DNA from: a virus
DNA length: 64,000 nucleotides
Strand: one strand, 5' to 3'
IMG/VR virus record: IMGVR_UViG_3300032284_002843
Coordinates: 32,001-96,000 of that record
Position numbers and translations under genes: made by a program. This document shows, one piece after another, positions 37,028 through 46,668 of this stretch; within the stretch, counting starts at the first letter, position 1; every line of letters begins with the position of its first letter. Below the pieces are notes generated by a model. It was given only the letters and a program-made list of their open reading frames with translations, ran no database searches and was not told the DNA's origin.

Positions 37028-37606
37028 ATGAAAATACCATTTGGACTATTACCTGGGTCATGGGGACTCACAGGCAAGACTAGAAAGATAGCAGAAGCTG
37101 AATATTATTATACAGGTTATCAGCTTGATCTAGAGTTAGCATTGATACATAATGAAACTGATCAAGCCAAAGCTAAGGCATTATTAGAAATTGATAAAAA
37201 ATATAATAAGATTTCAGAATATCAGTATGACCAACGCTTGGCTAAATTAGATAATACTGATGAAACCAAACAAAAAGTAGCATTATTAGATGTTGAACTT
37301 AAACATGGCAAAATTACACAGATAGAACACGAAAAGAAACGTGCAGATCTCTTAAAAGAGCCATGGATCAGCATGCCAAAGATAAGTTGGGATCCAATCA
37401 ACAAACAAAAAACGTTTTTTGAATTAGATTACAATGATTATTTCATTCAATATCTTAGAGACAACAACTACACAGGAACCGATGACGAAATCCTCAATCA
37501 TTGGCTAAATGACATTTGTATCAGTGTAATTGAAGAAATTAACGGCGTGGATGTTAGTATGGCTACACCAACTAGGCGCGGCGATAAAGACCAAGATCAA
37601 CAGTAA
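37028..37606 (+). CDS. Hypothetical protein
   Basis: EPW...FFELDYND.F; upstream of RNase H. Confidence 0.75.
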   Translation: MKIPFGLLPGSWGLTGKTRKIAEAEYYYTGYQLDLELALIHNETDQAKAKALLEIDKKYNKISEYQYDQRLAKLDNTDETKQKVALLDVELKHGKITQIEHEKKRADLLKEPWISMPKISWDPINKQKTFFELDYNDYFIQYLRDNNYTGTDDEILNHWLNDICISVIEEINGVDVSMATPTRRGDKDQDQQ

Positions 37607-37669
37607 AAACGCTTGATTTGTTATGCTATATATAATACTATAGTATAGTATAATAGCTAGGAACAAATT

Positions 37670-38668
37670 GTGACCACATATATACTGATTGATACACAAA
37701 ACCTTTTTATGCGTGTTAGACACGGAGTTAAGGCTCCTGATTCTGACCAACAGTTTCAGTTGGCACTTCATATTGTTTTTAACAGTATTAAAAAAGTTTG
37801 GAATCAGTTTGATGCTACCCACACAGTTTTTTGTCTAGAAGGTAGAAGCTGGCGTAAGGATGTCTATGGGCCATATAAGGCTAATAGAAAAGTTGCGGCT
37901 ATGAACCGTACTCCGCGAGAAATTGAAGAAGATAAAAACTTTTTCGAAGTTATGGATCATTTTATCCAATTTATTAAAAATCAAACTAACTGCACGATGC
38001 TTCGTCATCCTAATGCAGAAGCAGATGATATGATTGCTAGATGGATAGACCTGCATCCAAATGATCAACATATTATTATCAGCAGCGATAGCGATTTCCA
38101 GCAGTTGATCGCTAGTAATGTAAAGATTTACAATGGTATTGCAGGCTTGCTGTATACCACCGAAGGCATTTATGACAAAGACGGCAACATTGCTAAAAAC
38201 AAAAAAGGCAATGATTTGCCTAAACCAGATCCAGAATGGTTTTTGTTTGAGAAATGCATGCGTGGAGACGACGGAGATAATGTAATGAGTGCATATCCAG
38301 GTGTTAGAACCAAAAAGCTTCAAGAAGCTTATGCTGACAGGCACACTAAAGGATTTGCGTGGAATAACATCATGCTTAGTAAATGGACTGATCATGAGAA
38401 TCAAGATCATAGGGTTAAGGACGATTATGAGCGTAATCGTCTGTTAATTGATCTACGTCTCCAACCTGCCGATTTAATTGAAAAGTGGGATCAAACCATT
38501 GCAGAATCTATTGTAACAGAACACAAGAAACAAGTTGGCATTGCACTTATGAAATTCTGTAACCTGCACGGCCTAGTTAGAATTGAAAAAGCAGTGCAAG
38601 AATTTAGTCCATGCCTGAGTAGTTTTTATGCTGGTCCACTATTAGAAGTCAAAAATCCCGCTGTATAG
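37670..38668 (+). CDS. rnh: T4 RNase H-like 5'-3' exonuclease
   Basis: LID..N, SWRK, YKANR, EADD, SSDSDF.QL, GD..DN. Confidence 0.93.
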   Translation: MTTYILIDTQNLFMRVRHGVKAPDSDQQFQLALHIVFNSIKKVWNQFDATHTVFCLEGRSWRKDVYGPYKANRKVAAMNRTPREIEEDKNFFEVMDHFIQFIKNQTNCTMLRHPNAEADDMIARWIDLHPNDQHIIISSDSDFQQLIASNVKIYNGIAGLLYTTEGIYDKDGNIAKNKKGNDLPKPDPEWFLFEKCMRGDDGDNVMSAYPGVRTKKLQEAYADRHTKGFAWNNIMLSKWTDHENQDHRVKDDYERNRLLIDLRLQPADLIEKWDQTIAESIVTEHKKQVGIALMKFCNLHGLVRIEKAVQEFSPCLSSFYAGPLLEVKNPAV

Positions 38669-38679
38669 ATAAATATTTT

Positions 38680-39231
38680 GTGTTAAACGGAAACTTACAA
38701 TCCGTAATAGAGACTATACAGGAAGCAACCAATCCTGAGATTTATCATTTTAGGCGTGGTTCACATCCTGGGCAAAAGTATTACATAAAGACCATTATTC
38801 CTGGACCAAAAATTATAAATGACGACACCTATGTCTTCTGGCAATTTTGGGAAACACTGGCTAAGAAATATCCACGTATCATTAAATTGGTAGACTGTGC
38901 ATACGATTGGTCAGGTAAAACTATTGCTAATTGGTGGACTATATGGTTGGAAGAACGAATAGACATAGTATGGTCTTGGTCACGCACCGACGGAATAGAT
39001 TTCCATCTAATTGATTATGACATCGGAATCAAATACAGTGGTCTTAAAGCTATTGAAATTTTATCTGACACTGTGGATAGACAGTCGCCAGAAGATATAG
39101 TAAGCTTGAGTCAGTTACAAGAAATCGCAGACTTTTTGTATCACTATACTAGTGAGAGAATGGCTGAGATAAATCGTAAAAAAATACACATTGTTGAAAC
39201 TGATCATGTACAGCATAAAACCAATTACTGA
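38680..39231 (+). CDS. Hypothetical protein
   Basis: GTG 4 nt after TAAATA. Confidence 0.6.
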   Translation: MLNGNLQSVIETIQEATNPEIYHFRRGSHPGQKYYIKTIIPGPKIINDDTYVFWQFWETLAKKYPRIIKLVDCAYDWSGKTIANWWTIWLEERIDIVWSWSRTDGIDFHLIDYDIGIKYSGLKAIEILSDTVDRQSPEDIVSLSQLQEIADFLYHYTSERMAEINRKKIHIVETDHVQHKTNY

Positions 39232-39676
39232 GACCAGTTGGATTCTTACCAAAGATGGTGAGAAGACTGCCGTTATTACACAAACTGAAAAAGGAATTTC
39301 AGTTTTAGGCAGTGTGCCTAAGAAAAAACACGAAACGCTAAACGATCTCATTCAATATCTTGGCAATGACGTTACCATTGAGGCTCCAACTCAACAGGAG
39401 ATTGAAAAAGAAGCTGCAGAGATTAACGGATTTCCTATCAAGCACGATGTTTGTTATGACGTGCAAAATGAACCAATAGCTAACTACACAAGAACTAAAA
39501 ATAGTTCTATCAAATATGCCGCAGGTTATTTTGCTCTAAAATTTAAACACGGCTGGACTGCTAGTTTTTGTCCTAAATTATCAACACTAGCGGAGTATGA
39601 ATATTTGGGGCCATTTAAATCCAAGCTTGAAATGCAAAATAGCATTAGTCAAAAGAATTCAAGTTCAAATGTTTAA
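39206..39676 (+). CDS. Hypothetical protein
   Basis: YAAGYF..F..GW...FCPKL.TL..Y...GPF. Confidence 0.75.
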   Translation: MYSIKPITETSWILTKDGEKTAVITQTEKGISVLGSVPKKKHETLNDLIQYLGNDVTIEAPTQQEIEKEAAEINGFPIKHDVCYDVQNEPIANYTRTKNSSIKYAAGYFALKFKHGWTASFCPKLSTLAEYEYLGPFKSKLEMQNSISQKNSSSNV

Positions 39677-40103
39677 AATAGACAGCTTTTCGGGCGATTA
39701 TAAATTCCTGAGCAATTTTTATCCATGCTCTGTTGAATTAGATGGCATCGTTTATCCTACCGTTGAGCATGCTTATCAAGCAGCTAAAACAATTGATCCA
39801 CATGAACGCCAAATAATCTTAGAAACACCGCAGCCAAACATAGCAAAAAAGCTTGGTAGATATTGTACCATACGCAAAGACTGGGACGATGTTAAGCTAT
39901 CTGTTATGAGCGACTTAGTTTGGCAAAAATTCAGTGGTGATGAGACCTTAAAATCCCAACTGTTAGCAACAGGTGACGCAGAATTGGTAGAAGGCAACTG
40001 GTGGAATGATACCTACTGGGGCGTTTGCCGAGGGCAAGGTCATAACAACCTTGGAAAAATCCTAATGTTGGTGCGAAATGAGCTTAAGAACATTCATATG
40101 TAA
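39669..40103 (+). CDS. NADAR (YbiA-like) glycosidase
   Basis: FLSNFY, TVEHAYQAAK, QKF, LLATG, LVE...D.YWG, G.N.LG..LM.VR. Confidence 0.92.
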   Translation: MFKIDSFSGDYKFLSNFYPCSVELDGIVYPTVEHAYQAAKTIDPHERQIILETPQPNIAKKLGRYCTIRKDWDDVKLSVMSDLVWQKFSGDETLKSQLLATGDAELVEGNWWNDTYWGVCRGQGHNNLGKILMLVRNELKNIHM

Positions 40104-40314
40104 ACCTTTTATGGATCATTTAACTTTTTCTAAGAGCTACATAGTGCATATCTTTAGCGAAGAAAAATTAATTTATGCAGCTATCAACAACATTTACCCG
40201 GATAGAAATGAATCTGACAGAGTTAATTTCTTAAATAAAAGGCTAGACGAAATTAAACAACCTCCTCTTAGTGAATATGAAATTGTATATCATAAACTAA
40301 CCAAAGGTTACTAG
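40078..40314 (+). CDS. Hypothetical protein (tandem paralog 1)
   Basis: MSLR...PPL...EIV..KLTK.Y. Confidence 0.65.
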   Translation: MSLRTFICKPFMDHLTFSKSYIVHIFSEEKLIYAAINNIYPDRNESDRVNFLNKRLDEIKQPPLSEYEIVYHKLTKGY

Positions 40315-40316
40315 CT

Positions 40317-40574
40317 ATGAGCTTAAGAAACATTCAAATCAATCCTACATTTGATCCAAACTCTTTTGAACCTATATTATGTTTTATGGTAAAGAAAGAA
40401 GATACAGTGGTTTTCTCTGAACAGCTCGTATTACAAATATCGGGAGATTATCCCATTGAAAATCCCATAGATACCACTCTAAATATTTTAAATAGCTTGC
40501 TAGTAGGACAAGGAGAGCCACCATTAACTACTGAAGAAATCGTTTTATACAAACTTACTAAGGATTATCAATGA
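40317..40574 (+). CDS. Hypothetical protein (tandem paralog 2)
   Basis: MSLR...PPL...EIV..KLTK.Y. Confidence 0.65.
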   Translation: MSLRNIQINPTFDPNSFEPILCFMVKKEDTVVFSEQLVLQISGDYPIENPIDTTLNILNSLLVGQGEPPLTTEEIVLYKLTKDYQ

Positions 40575-40795
40575 GCACATCACCACTTGAGGCGTTTATT
40601 AAAAAATATCAAACAGCAAAAAGCTATAATAGTAAAGAAATACGATTAACAGTTGCAGAAGCGGAAGAACTTAGCACTGCTATTGCATTAGCACTAAGTA
40701 AAATTGCTAACAACCAAGACAAAATAATAGAATTGCAGGAAAGACTTTTAGACAAATCATTAGAAGTTGATATCAGCGGTGGTGGTTTTCGTTGA
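40571..40795 (+). CDS. Hypothetical protein
   Basis: AAGGA RBS; ends EVDISGGGF. Confidence 0.7.
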   Translation: MSTSPLEAFIKKYQTAKSYNSKEIRLTVAEAEELSTAIALALSKIANNQDKIIELQERLLDKSLEVDISGGGFR

Positions 40796-40825
40796 CAGAT
40801 TCTAAGTTTTATGTAACTTAGATAT

Positions 40826-41437
40826 ATGCAAGACTATACAATAAGATTTAAACCTTTAGCAGATTCTAATATGATAAATCTGCTTGATGATATAGGTATT
40901 AAAACCAATATAGAAACAGGGCCTTGGATATCAGGTGGTACGGCTAGGCGTCTCTGGTTTAATGAACCTTGGCAAAACGCTGATATAGATTTGTTTTTTC
41001 AAGATGAAGCTAGCTTTAGTCTAGTTTCAAGCAATCTATGGCTGTATGCAAATGCCCATAATCAAGAAACACCACACATAACAAAAAATGCTGTGACTTA
41101 TAAATTTGAATACAAAGGTCAGGAACTCAAGATTCAGTGTATCAATAAAAAATATCACAGAGATATAATTGATGTTTGGGAAACCTTTGACTGGACTGTT
41201 TGCTGCTTTGCCGTTGCAGATAATATCATAATGGCTAGCAATCTTGCATTAACAGATTGTAGGGACAAAATACTGAGAATGGTGCCTAACAGCACACGTA
41301 AAATAGACGGCAGGCGTGTTACCAAATATGGAATTTATGGTTTTAACCCAACTAAAAACATTCTGCAAGAACTTTGTAAGCAACGAACAGAACAAATAAT
41401 CACACAAAATTGGGCAAATGAAGATGATTATACCTAA
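40826..41437 (+). CDS. Pol-beta-type nucleotidyltransferase (CCA/polyA head-like)
   Basis: WISGG..RR, DIDLFF, IQCI, FDWTVC, R..KY...GF. Confidence 0.75.
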   Translation: MQDYTIRFKPLADSNMINLLDDIGIKTNIETGPWISGGTARRLWFNEPWQNADIDLFFQDEASFSLVSSNLWLYANAHNQETPHITKNAVTYKFEYKGQELKIQCINKKYHRDIIDVWETFDWTVCCFAVADNIIMASNLALTDCRDKILRMVPNSTRKIDGRRVTKYGIYGFNPTKNILQELCKQRTEQIITQNWANEDDYT

Positions 41438-41774
41438 AGAGCTAGAAGAACTGCGTGTTTATAGTCTGTTAAGCGATCAGCTACATTACATTGATATCAA
41501 TGGTGACAAATATGCTTGCTTCGCGGGCTATAACATACCATATTGTATGGTTGGTTCATTTTTAATCTGGGCATGGACAGGCAGTAAAGTGTACACGAAG
41601 CTTTACAAAGAATCTGAGATGGTAGAAATTCTTCAAAAGCTAAATCAACACGACCAACATATAACCAATACACCAAAGGAAGCTGCATGGTATTTGACAA
41701 ATAAACTGAGAACTATCATGCAAACTTGGGAGCCGCATCATTTTGATGACGTTTTTGAGAAGGCTTTGGTGTAG
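41418..41774 (+). CDS. Hypothetical protein
   Basis: Overlaps upstream gene end; intact ORF. Confidence 0.6.
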   Translation: MKMIIPKELEELRVYSLLSDQLHYIDINGDKYACFAGYNIPYCMVGSFLIWAWTGSKVYTKLYKESEMVEILQKLNQHDQHITNTPKEAAWYLTNKLRTIMQTWEPHHFDDVFEKALV

Positions 41775-41784
41775 TTTTACCGCA

Positions 41785-41812
41785 ACTCTTTAGATAAATA
41801 CATCTGGAGAGT
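41785..41812 (+). promoter_or_regulatory. Late promoter in an RBS-sequestering hairpin
   Basis: ACTCTTTAGAT-aaatac-ATCTGGAGAGT, 3 nt before ATG 41816. Confidence 0.65.
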
Positions 41813-41815
41813 AAG

Positions 41816-42109
41816 ATGAGTCGACCAAAACCAAAAATTTTATTGGAAAATACTGATGCTGCTACCTACAAAAGCGAACAAATTTTGGATGCCGAAGGTA
41901 TCTACGCAGTTTTTTACCAAGGTAAACCAATAAATCTACGTAGTATCAACAAGTTAGTTGACTATCCAGGTCCCAAATATAGAAAAACATCATTTAGCAA
42001 TCCAGGACATGCACATAATCTTGCTGAAAAGCTGAACACTATGTTTAAAACTGATCAGTTTGCAGTATATCTATTAACAAATGGCACGATTATTAAAGAA
42101 AATGCCTAA
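41816..42109 (+). CDS. Hypothetical late protein
   Basis: MSRPKP...GPKYRKTSFSNPGHA.NLA.KLN. Confidence 0.8.
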   Translation: MSRPKPKILLENTDAATYKSEQILDAEGIYAVFYQGKPINLRSINKLVDYPGPKYRKTSFSNPGHAHNLAEKLNTMFKTDQFAVYLLTNGTIIKENA

Positions 42110-42515
42110 CAATCTCAAATACTTACAAACCGCATGGACAAATAGAGACGAATTTGTAGCGTGTGTACTTGCTGATCCTGAATTTTTACCATTAGTAAAG
42201 CCGGCTCTACCAAATCGAGATGATTTTCTTGTTTCAAAAAACGACTGGGTTAGGCATATGTTTATGCCCAGTGGCTGGCAGTTAAGCACGTTTGGCTGTG
42301 CCATCCTAATGCGTGCATATCAATCGTGGCGAATTGTTGGGCCAACTAAAGATAATTTAACAGGTAAGTTGGTTGTAAACATGAATAAAATGTTTAATGG
42401 CCCGTGGTATTGTAATACCACTGCATTATATGTTTGGGATCAAAAACTACATTGCGAACTACAAATGTTCAATGGCGATTTAAATCTTTATATTAATGCT
42501 TATTTGCCCGCTTAA
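42102..42515 (+). CDS. Hypothetical protein
   Basis: Overlap-coupled ORF. Confidence 0.65.
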   Translation: MPNNLKYLQTAWTNRDEFVACVLADPEFLPLVKPALPNRDDFLVSKNDWVRHMFMPSGWQLSTFGCAILMRAYQSWRIVGPTKDNLTGKLVVNMNKMFNGPWYCNTTALYVWDQKLHCELQMFNGDLNLYINAYLPA

Positions 42516-42620
42516 AAAATCCAAAAAATTTTAAACATTTTCGCATTTTTCAGTTGATCTGCTATTGCACCTATGTTATTCTCCATAACACATTAACTTA
42601 ACTGAAAGGGTGTTTTATAT

Positions 42621-43820
42621 ATGGCTAAGTCCAGTAACAAGATTGTAGAGCTGGGTTCTGTTAATCCCAGCCGACTTAAGATTGCTATTCAGCATTGTAT
42701 CAATCGCAAGCGTCCGCTTTTTATCTGGGGTCAGCCTGGTATTGGCAAGTCGGAGCTTGTTGCAGAAGTTGCCCGGCAGCAGAATCGTCCGCTGATTGAC
42801 ATTCGTCTTCCGCTTATGGAGCCTACCGATATTCGTGGTATTCCGTATCTTGCCGATGTTAAGATTTACAACAGCAAGGGTGAGCTGGTTAAGGATGACC
42901 AAGGCGTGCCCATCACTAACAAAGAGTTCCGTTGGAGCACCCCCAGCGATCTACCCACCGACGAAGCTAGCCGAGCACTGGTATTTTTCGATGAGATGAG
43001 CGCTGCTCCTCCTAGCGTGCAGGCTGCTACTTACCAGATTATCCTTAACCGTCGAATTGGCAACTATCAGCTGCCCGACGAAGTGGTAATTGTTGCTGCA
43101 GGCAATCGTGTTAAGGACAAGGGCGTTGCTTATAACATGCCGCTGCCGCTGGCCAATCGTTTCTCCCATCTTACCCTGGAAGTTAATACAGACGATTGGA
43201 AGGAGTGGGCAACGCTGAATCGTATTCACAAGGATGTTGTTGGTTACATCAGCTTCCAGCCTGGCGACCTCAATGGCTTCAATCCTAGCTCGGAAGGCTA
43301 TGCGTTTGCTACGCCGCGCAGCTGGTACTTCGTCAGCGATCTGCTGCAGGAGAAGAACGAAGACGGCAAGTGGGTTGACACTACTCTGCCCGACGACGTT
43401 CTTGGAGATCTAGTCCGTGGTACCGTAGGCGAAGGCCCTGGTACCAAGTTTATGACCTATCGTAAACAGGCTGCAAACCTGCCGCATGCTAAGGACGTAC
43501 TGAACGGAAAGATTACCACGCTCAAGAATAGGCAGATTGACGTCTGTTACGCTCTTACCACAGCATTGTGCTATGAGCTGAAGGATACCAGTGATCGGTG
43601 TGCCAAGCTTGCACAGCAGGGAGAAAAGAAGCCTTGGCTTGAATTTAACAAGCAGACTGATGTGTTTTTGCGGTTTATCATGGATAACTTCGAAGACGAA
43701 CTGGCTGTAATGGGAACAAGGACCATTCTTGGTACCTATAAGCTACCAGTTCAGGCACCTGAACTGAAGAATTGGAAAGAATTCGTAGCTCGTTACGCTG
43801 ACATTCTTCCCAACATGTAA
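42621..43820 (+). CDS. MoxR-family AAA+ ATPase
   Basis: Walker A GQPGIGKS, Walker B VFFDE, AAGN, LANRF, TPRSW. Confidence 0.92.
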   Translation: MAKSSNKIVELGSVNPSRLKIAIQHCINRKRPLFIWGQPGIGKSELVAEVARQQNRPLIDIRLPLMEPTDIRGIPYLADVKIYNSKGELVKDDQGVPITNKEFRWSTPSDLPTDEASRALVFFDEMSAAPPSVQAATYQIILNRRIGNYQLPDEVVIVAAGNRVKDKGVAYNMPLPLANRFSHLTLEVNTDDWKEWATLNRIHKDVVGYISFQPGDLNGFNPSSEGYAFATPRSWYFVSDLLQEKNEDGKWVDTTLPDDVLGDLVRGTVGEGPGTKFMTYRKQAANLPHAKDVLNGKITTLKNRQIDVCYALTTALCYELKDTSDRCAKLAQQGEKKPWLEFNKQTDVFLRFIMDNFEDELAVMGTRTILGTYKLPVQAPELKNWKEFVARYADILPNM

Positions 43821-43826
43821 ATGGCC

Positions 43827-43862
43827 AGAGCAGTGAGTGTGGCAGACTCACTGCTCTTTTTT
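43827..43862 (+). terminator. Terminator-like hairpin between ATPase and vWA genes
   Basis: AGAGCAGTGAGT-7 nt-ACTCACTGCTCT-TTTTT directly before AGGAG. Confidence 0.8.
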
Positions 43863-43875
43863 AGGAGATAGAAAA

Positions 43876-45129
43876 ATGATTCCTGCTCGTAGTCAAGTTG
43901 AAACTTTAATTAAACAGGCAAAAATTCGACTGCTGTTTAACAACCCATTCTTTGGCACGCTTATTATGCATCTTCCTCTACAGGACGTAACTGATGCTGG
44001 CTGGTGCCCTACTGCTGCAGTAGATGGACGGTATATCTACTACAACCGCAACTTTTTTGCCAAGCTAAACGTTGATGAAATTATGTTTGTGCTGTGTCAC
44101 GAGGTTCTGCACGTAGCGTTTGATCATTTTGGACGTCGTAGTCATCGTGATCCACACTGGTGGAATATGGCTAACGATTATGTTATCAATGGTCTGCTAG
44201 TTAAGGACCACATTGGTAAAATGCCAACTGTGAAAGTTCCAGTTGAGGATAACAGCGGCGGTAAAAAGACCACTAGCCAGCGTGTTGGTCTCTATGAAGA
44301 AAAGTACGTCGGTTGGACCAGTGAAGCTGTTTACGATGATCTTGAAAAGCGTAAGGTCAAGAAAGAACTGACTCTGGACGTTCATCTTGAAGCTGGTAAG
44401 GATGGTAAGAACAGCAAGAACGGTATTCCTATCGACATCAGCGATGACGAGCTTAGACAGATTCGTGAAGCGATTAAAGGCAAAGTGCTGCAGGCAGCTA
44501 ATGCGGCTGCAGGTAAACTTCCTGCTAGCCTGAAGCGTTTTATCGATGAACTAGTAGAGCCCAAAGTTAACTGGCGCGATCTACTTCGTCAGAGCATTCA
44601 AAGCTGCATCACCGACGACTTTACCTGGCAGAGGCCAAATCGTCGACACATGAATAGCGGAATTTTTCTTCCTACACTTAAGAAGGATGAAACCATTGAC
44701 ATTCAAATCGCTATTGACATGAGTGGTTCTATTAGCGACGAAATGGGCAAGGACTTTTTGAGCGAAGTTTATGGTATTATGCAACAATATCATGACTTTA
44801 AGATCGGTGTTATGACATTTGACACTGCTCCGTATGGCTACAAGGAGTTCACCAAGGATAACCAGGACGAGTTGCTGAGTTATAAGCTGGAGGGCGGCGG
44901 CGGCACTGACTTTGATGCTTTCTGGGATTACTGGAAGGACAACAAAATTGAGCCTAAGCTAGCTGTAGTGTTTACCGACGGATTTCCGTTTGGTAGCTGG
45001 GGCCCAGATAACTATGCAGATACTCTGTGGGTTATCACCGAAGGAGCTAAGACTCGCGTAACTCCGCCATTTGGCCGTTATGCTTACTACGAAAATGGTA
45101 AGGGTATTGAGGAAGTTGGCGAAGTATGA
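43876..45129 (+). CDS. Metallopeptidase-vWA protein (DUF2201-like), MoxR partner
   Basis: TAAVDG, HEVLH, N.A.D..IN, DMSGS, GGGGTDF, FTDG. Confidence 0.9.
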   Translation: MIPARSQVETLIKQAKIRLLFNNPFFGTLIMHLPLQDVTDAGWCPTAAVDGRYIYYNRNFFAKLNVDEIMFVLCHEVLHVAFDHFGRRSHRDPHWWNMANDYVINGLLVKDHIGKMPTVKVPVEDNSGGKKTTSQRVGLYEEKYVGWTSEAVYDDLEKRKVKKELTLDVHLEAGKDGKNSKNGIPIDISDDELRQIREAIKGKVLQAANAAAGKLPASLKRFIDELVEPKVNWRDLLRQSIQSCITDDFTWQRPNRRHMNSGIFLPTLKKDETIDIQIAIDMSGSISDEMGKDFLSEVYGIMQQYHDFKIGVMTFDTAPYGYKEFTKDNQDELLSYKLEGGGGTDFDAFWDYWKDNKIEPKLAVVFTDGFPFGSWGPDNYADTLWVITEGAKTRVTPPFGRYAYYENGKGIEEVGEV

Positions 45130-45434
45130 TCCGAGTAAATTTACATTCAAATAACAGACGGGGAAAACTCCCCGTCTGGATTGTCAAACTTATAAACGTA
45201 TTTCTCGAAAAGTTTGCTGAGGAATATGATGTCAAAACTGGCGATGCATACAGATACCATTTTGAGGATGTGAGACGATTAGAAAGATTGAAAAAACTGT
45301 TTGAAGATAACAATATAACAGTCGATACGTATAATATGGAAGAACTACCAAGTTGGGGCCTACTTATTCCGCATGATAATGAACTGGTAGTAGAATACAT
45401 CCTAAAATACGGAACTGAAAAAGAAGAAACTTGA
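45126..45434 (+). CDS. Hypothetical protein
   Basis: ATGA overlap; YILKYG tail. Confidence 0.6.
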   Translation: MIRVNLHSNNRRGKLPVWIVKLINVFLEKFAEEYDVKTGDAYRYHFEDVRRLERLKKLFEDNNITVDTYNMEELPSWGLLIPHDNELVVEYILKYGTEKEET

Positions 45435-45482
45435 TAAACTCACATTTATAATCTAAACTATACAAGTTTTTGGAGATTATAA

Positions 45483-45758
45483 ATGTCATCACCCAGTGAT
45501 TTTAGTACACAACTCGGAGATTTAACAGCTCAGCTAGCAGGAATGGTAGCGGAACGTTTGGCATGGGCTACACGCAGCATAGATCCAAACAAGCGTAGGC
45601 AAATACTAGAAATGATTGAAGGGCAACTTCCAGACATCATTGCTAATAGCATAGCTAAAAGTCCAAGTTTGCACAGTGCCAAAGGTGTTGAATATTTTGA
45701 AAAAAATATTGAACAAATGGCCGAATCATATGTTCAAAAGTTCGTAGGAAAAATCTAA
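45483..45758 (+). CDS. Hypothetical protein
   Basis: GGAG RBS. Confidence 0.7.
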   Translation: MSSPSDFSTQLGDLTAQLAGMVAERLAWATRSIDPNKRRQILEMIEGQLPDIIANSIAKSPSLHSAKGVEYFEKNIEQMAESYVQKFVGKI

Positions 45759-45766
45759 ATAAGTGT

Positions 45767-46015
45767 ATGCAAAAAGATTTGCGTGAAATTACGCTTAAAG
45801 TTCCTTTCCCGGGGAATCCAAAATCGGCAAGTGAAACTTGGATTACATTGCTAGAGCAATGGCTGAGCTGTAATTTCAAAGGTTACACCGTAACTGTTAC
45901 ACAGGATTCATATCAACGAAATACAGATATTAAAATCAATTTTGCCAATATAGAAGATGCAACCTTTTTCAAATTAAAATACTATCAAGAAAATGACTGT
46001 AAATATACCATCTAA
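45767..46015 (+). CDS. Hypothetical small protein
   Basis: FANIEDATFFKLKY; TAAATA 5 nt upstream. Confidence 0.65.
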   Translation: MQKDLREITLKVPFPGNPKSASETWITLLEQWLSCNFKGYTVTVTQDSYQRNTDIKINFANIEDATFFKLKYYQENDCKYTI

Positions 46016-46376
46016 TCAACGACAAGAAGATTGTAACATGGCAAATAAAGGACCATTTGATAGATCATATACATTTACAGTTGACGCTAAATGGATCAAA
46101 AAAGATTGGTCTGATGAAGAAAAAACTCTGCTGAGACCCATAGCAGAAACACTGGCTATGTTAGATGGCAATGCTTTTTTCTTACATATATTGCCCGACG
46201 GTAGAGAATGGTATGAGCAATATCTCGCAGAAGCTGCTACTGTATTCTACGAAAACGGTGGCCAGACAGGTTGTGCAGGCGCCGCTAGTTGGGTTTTAGA
46301 ACAAAAACACGAAAATGATGCAGTGAAAGAAGCATATAAAAATTGGAAAACTATTAAAATTCTTAGTAAGGAATAA
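45993..46376 (+). CDS. Hypothetical protein
   Basis: LRPIAETLAMLDGNAFF. Confidence 0.65.
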   Translation: MTVNIPSNQRQEDCNMANKGPFDRSYTFTVDAKWIKKDWSDEEKTLLRPIAETLAMLDGNAFFLHILPDGREWYEQYLAEAATVFYENGGQTGCAGAASWVLEQKHENDAVKEAYKNWKTIKILSKE

Positions 46377-46455
46377 TTTCTTTATCATTCTCTTGCATTT
46401 TATCAAAATATCCGTATTGTGTAAATATGCTGCAGTGCACAATAAGGAGAGAAGA

Positions 46456-46617
46456 ATGAAAATAATCAAAAAACTTGTTAAAAAAATCAAAAATCGTAGA
46501 TTGGTTAGATGCCAAGATGACAGTTTGAGAACATTTTTTAGAAGTGAGTATAAGAAAAACGCCGATGCTGCATTTTGGTATTGGAAAACTATGAATGATC
46601 TAAACTACCATCGCTAA
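46456..46617 (+). CDS. Hypothetical small protein
   Basis: AAGGAG RBS; TAAATA upstream. Confidence 0.6.
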   Translation: MKIIKKLVKKIKNRRLVRCQDDSLRTFFRSEYKKNADAAFWYWKTMNDLNYHR

Positions 46618-46668
46618 TTGACATATCACCTGCATAACAAATATGCTTGCTAGACAAGGAGATTGTAT

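Noticed and set aside
45155-45178. Perfect 10-bp hairpin CAGACGGGGA/TCCCCGTCTG
   Set aside because: No U-tract and no second copy noticed; at most an mRNA-stabilising stem after the vWA gene.
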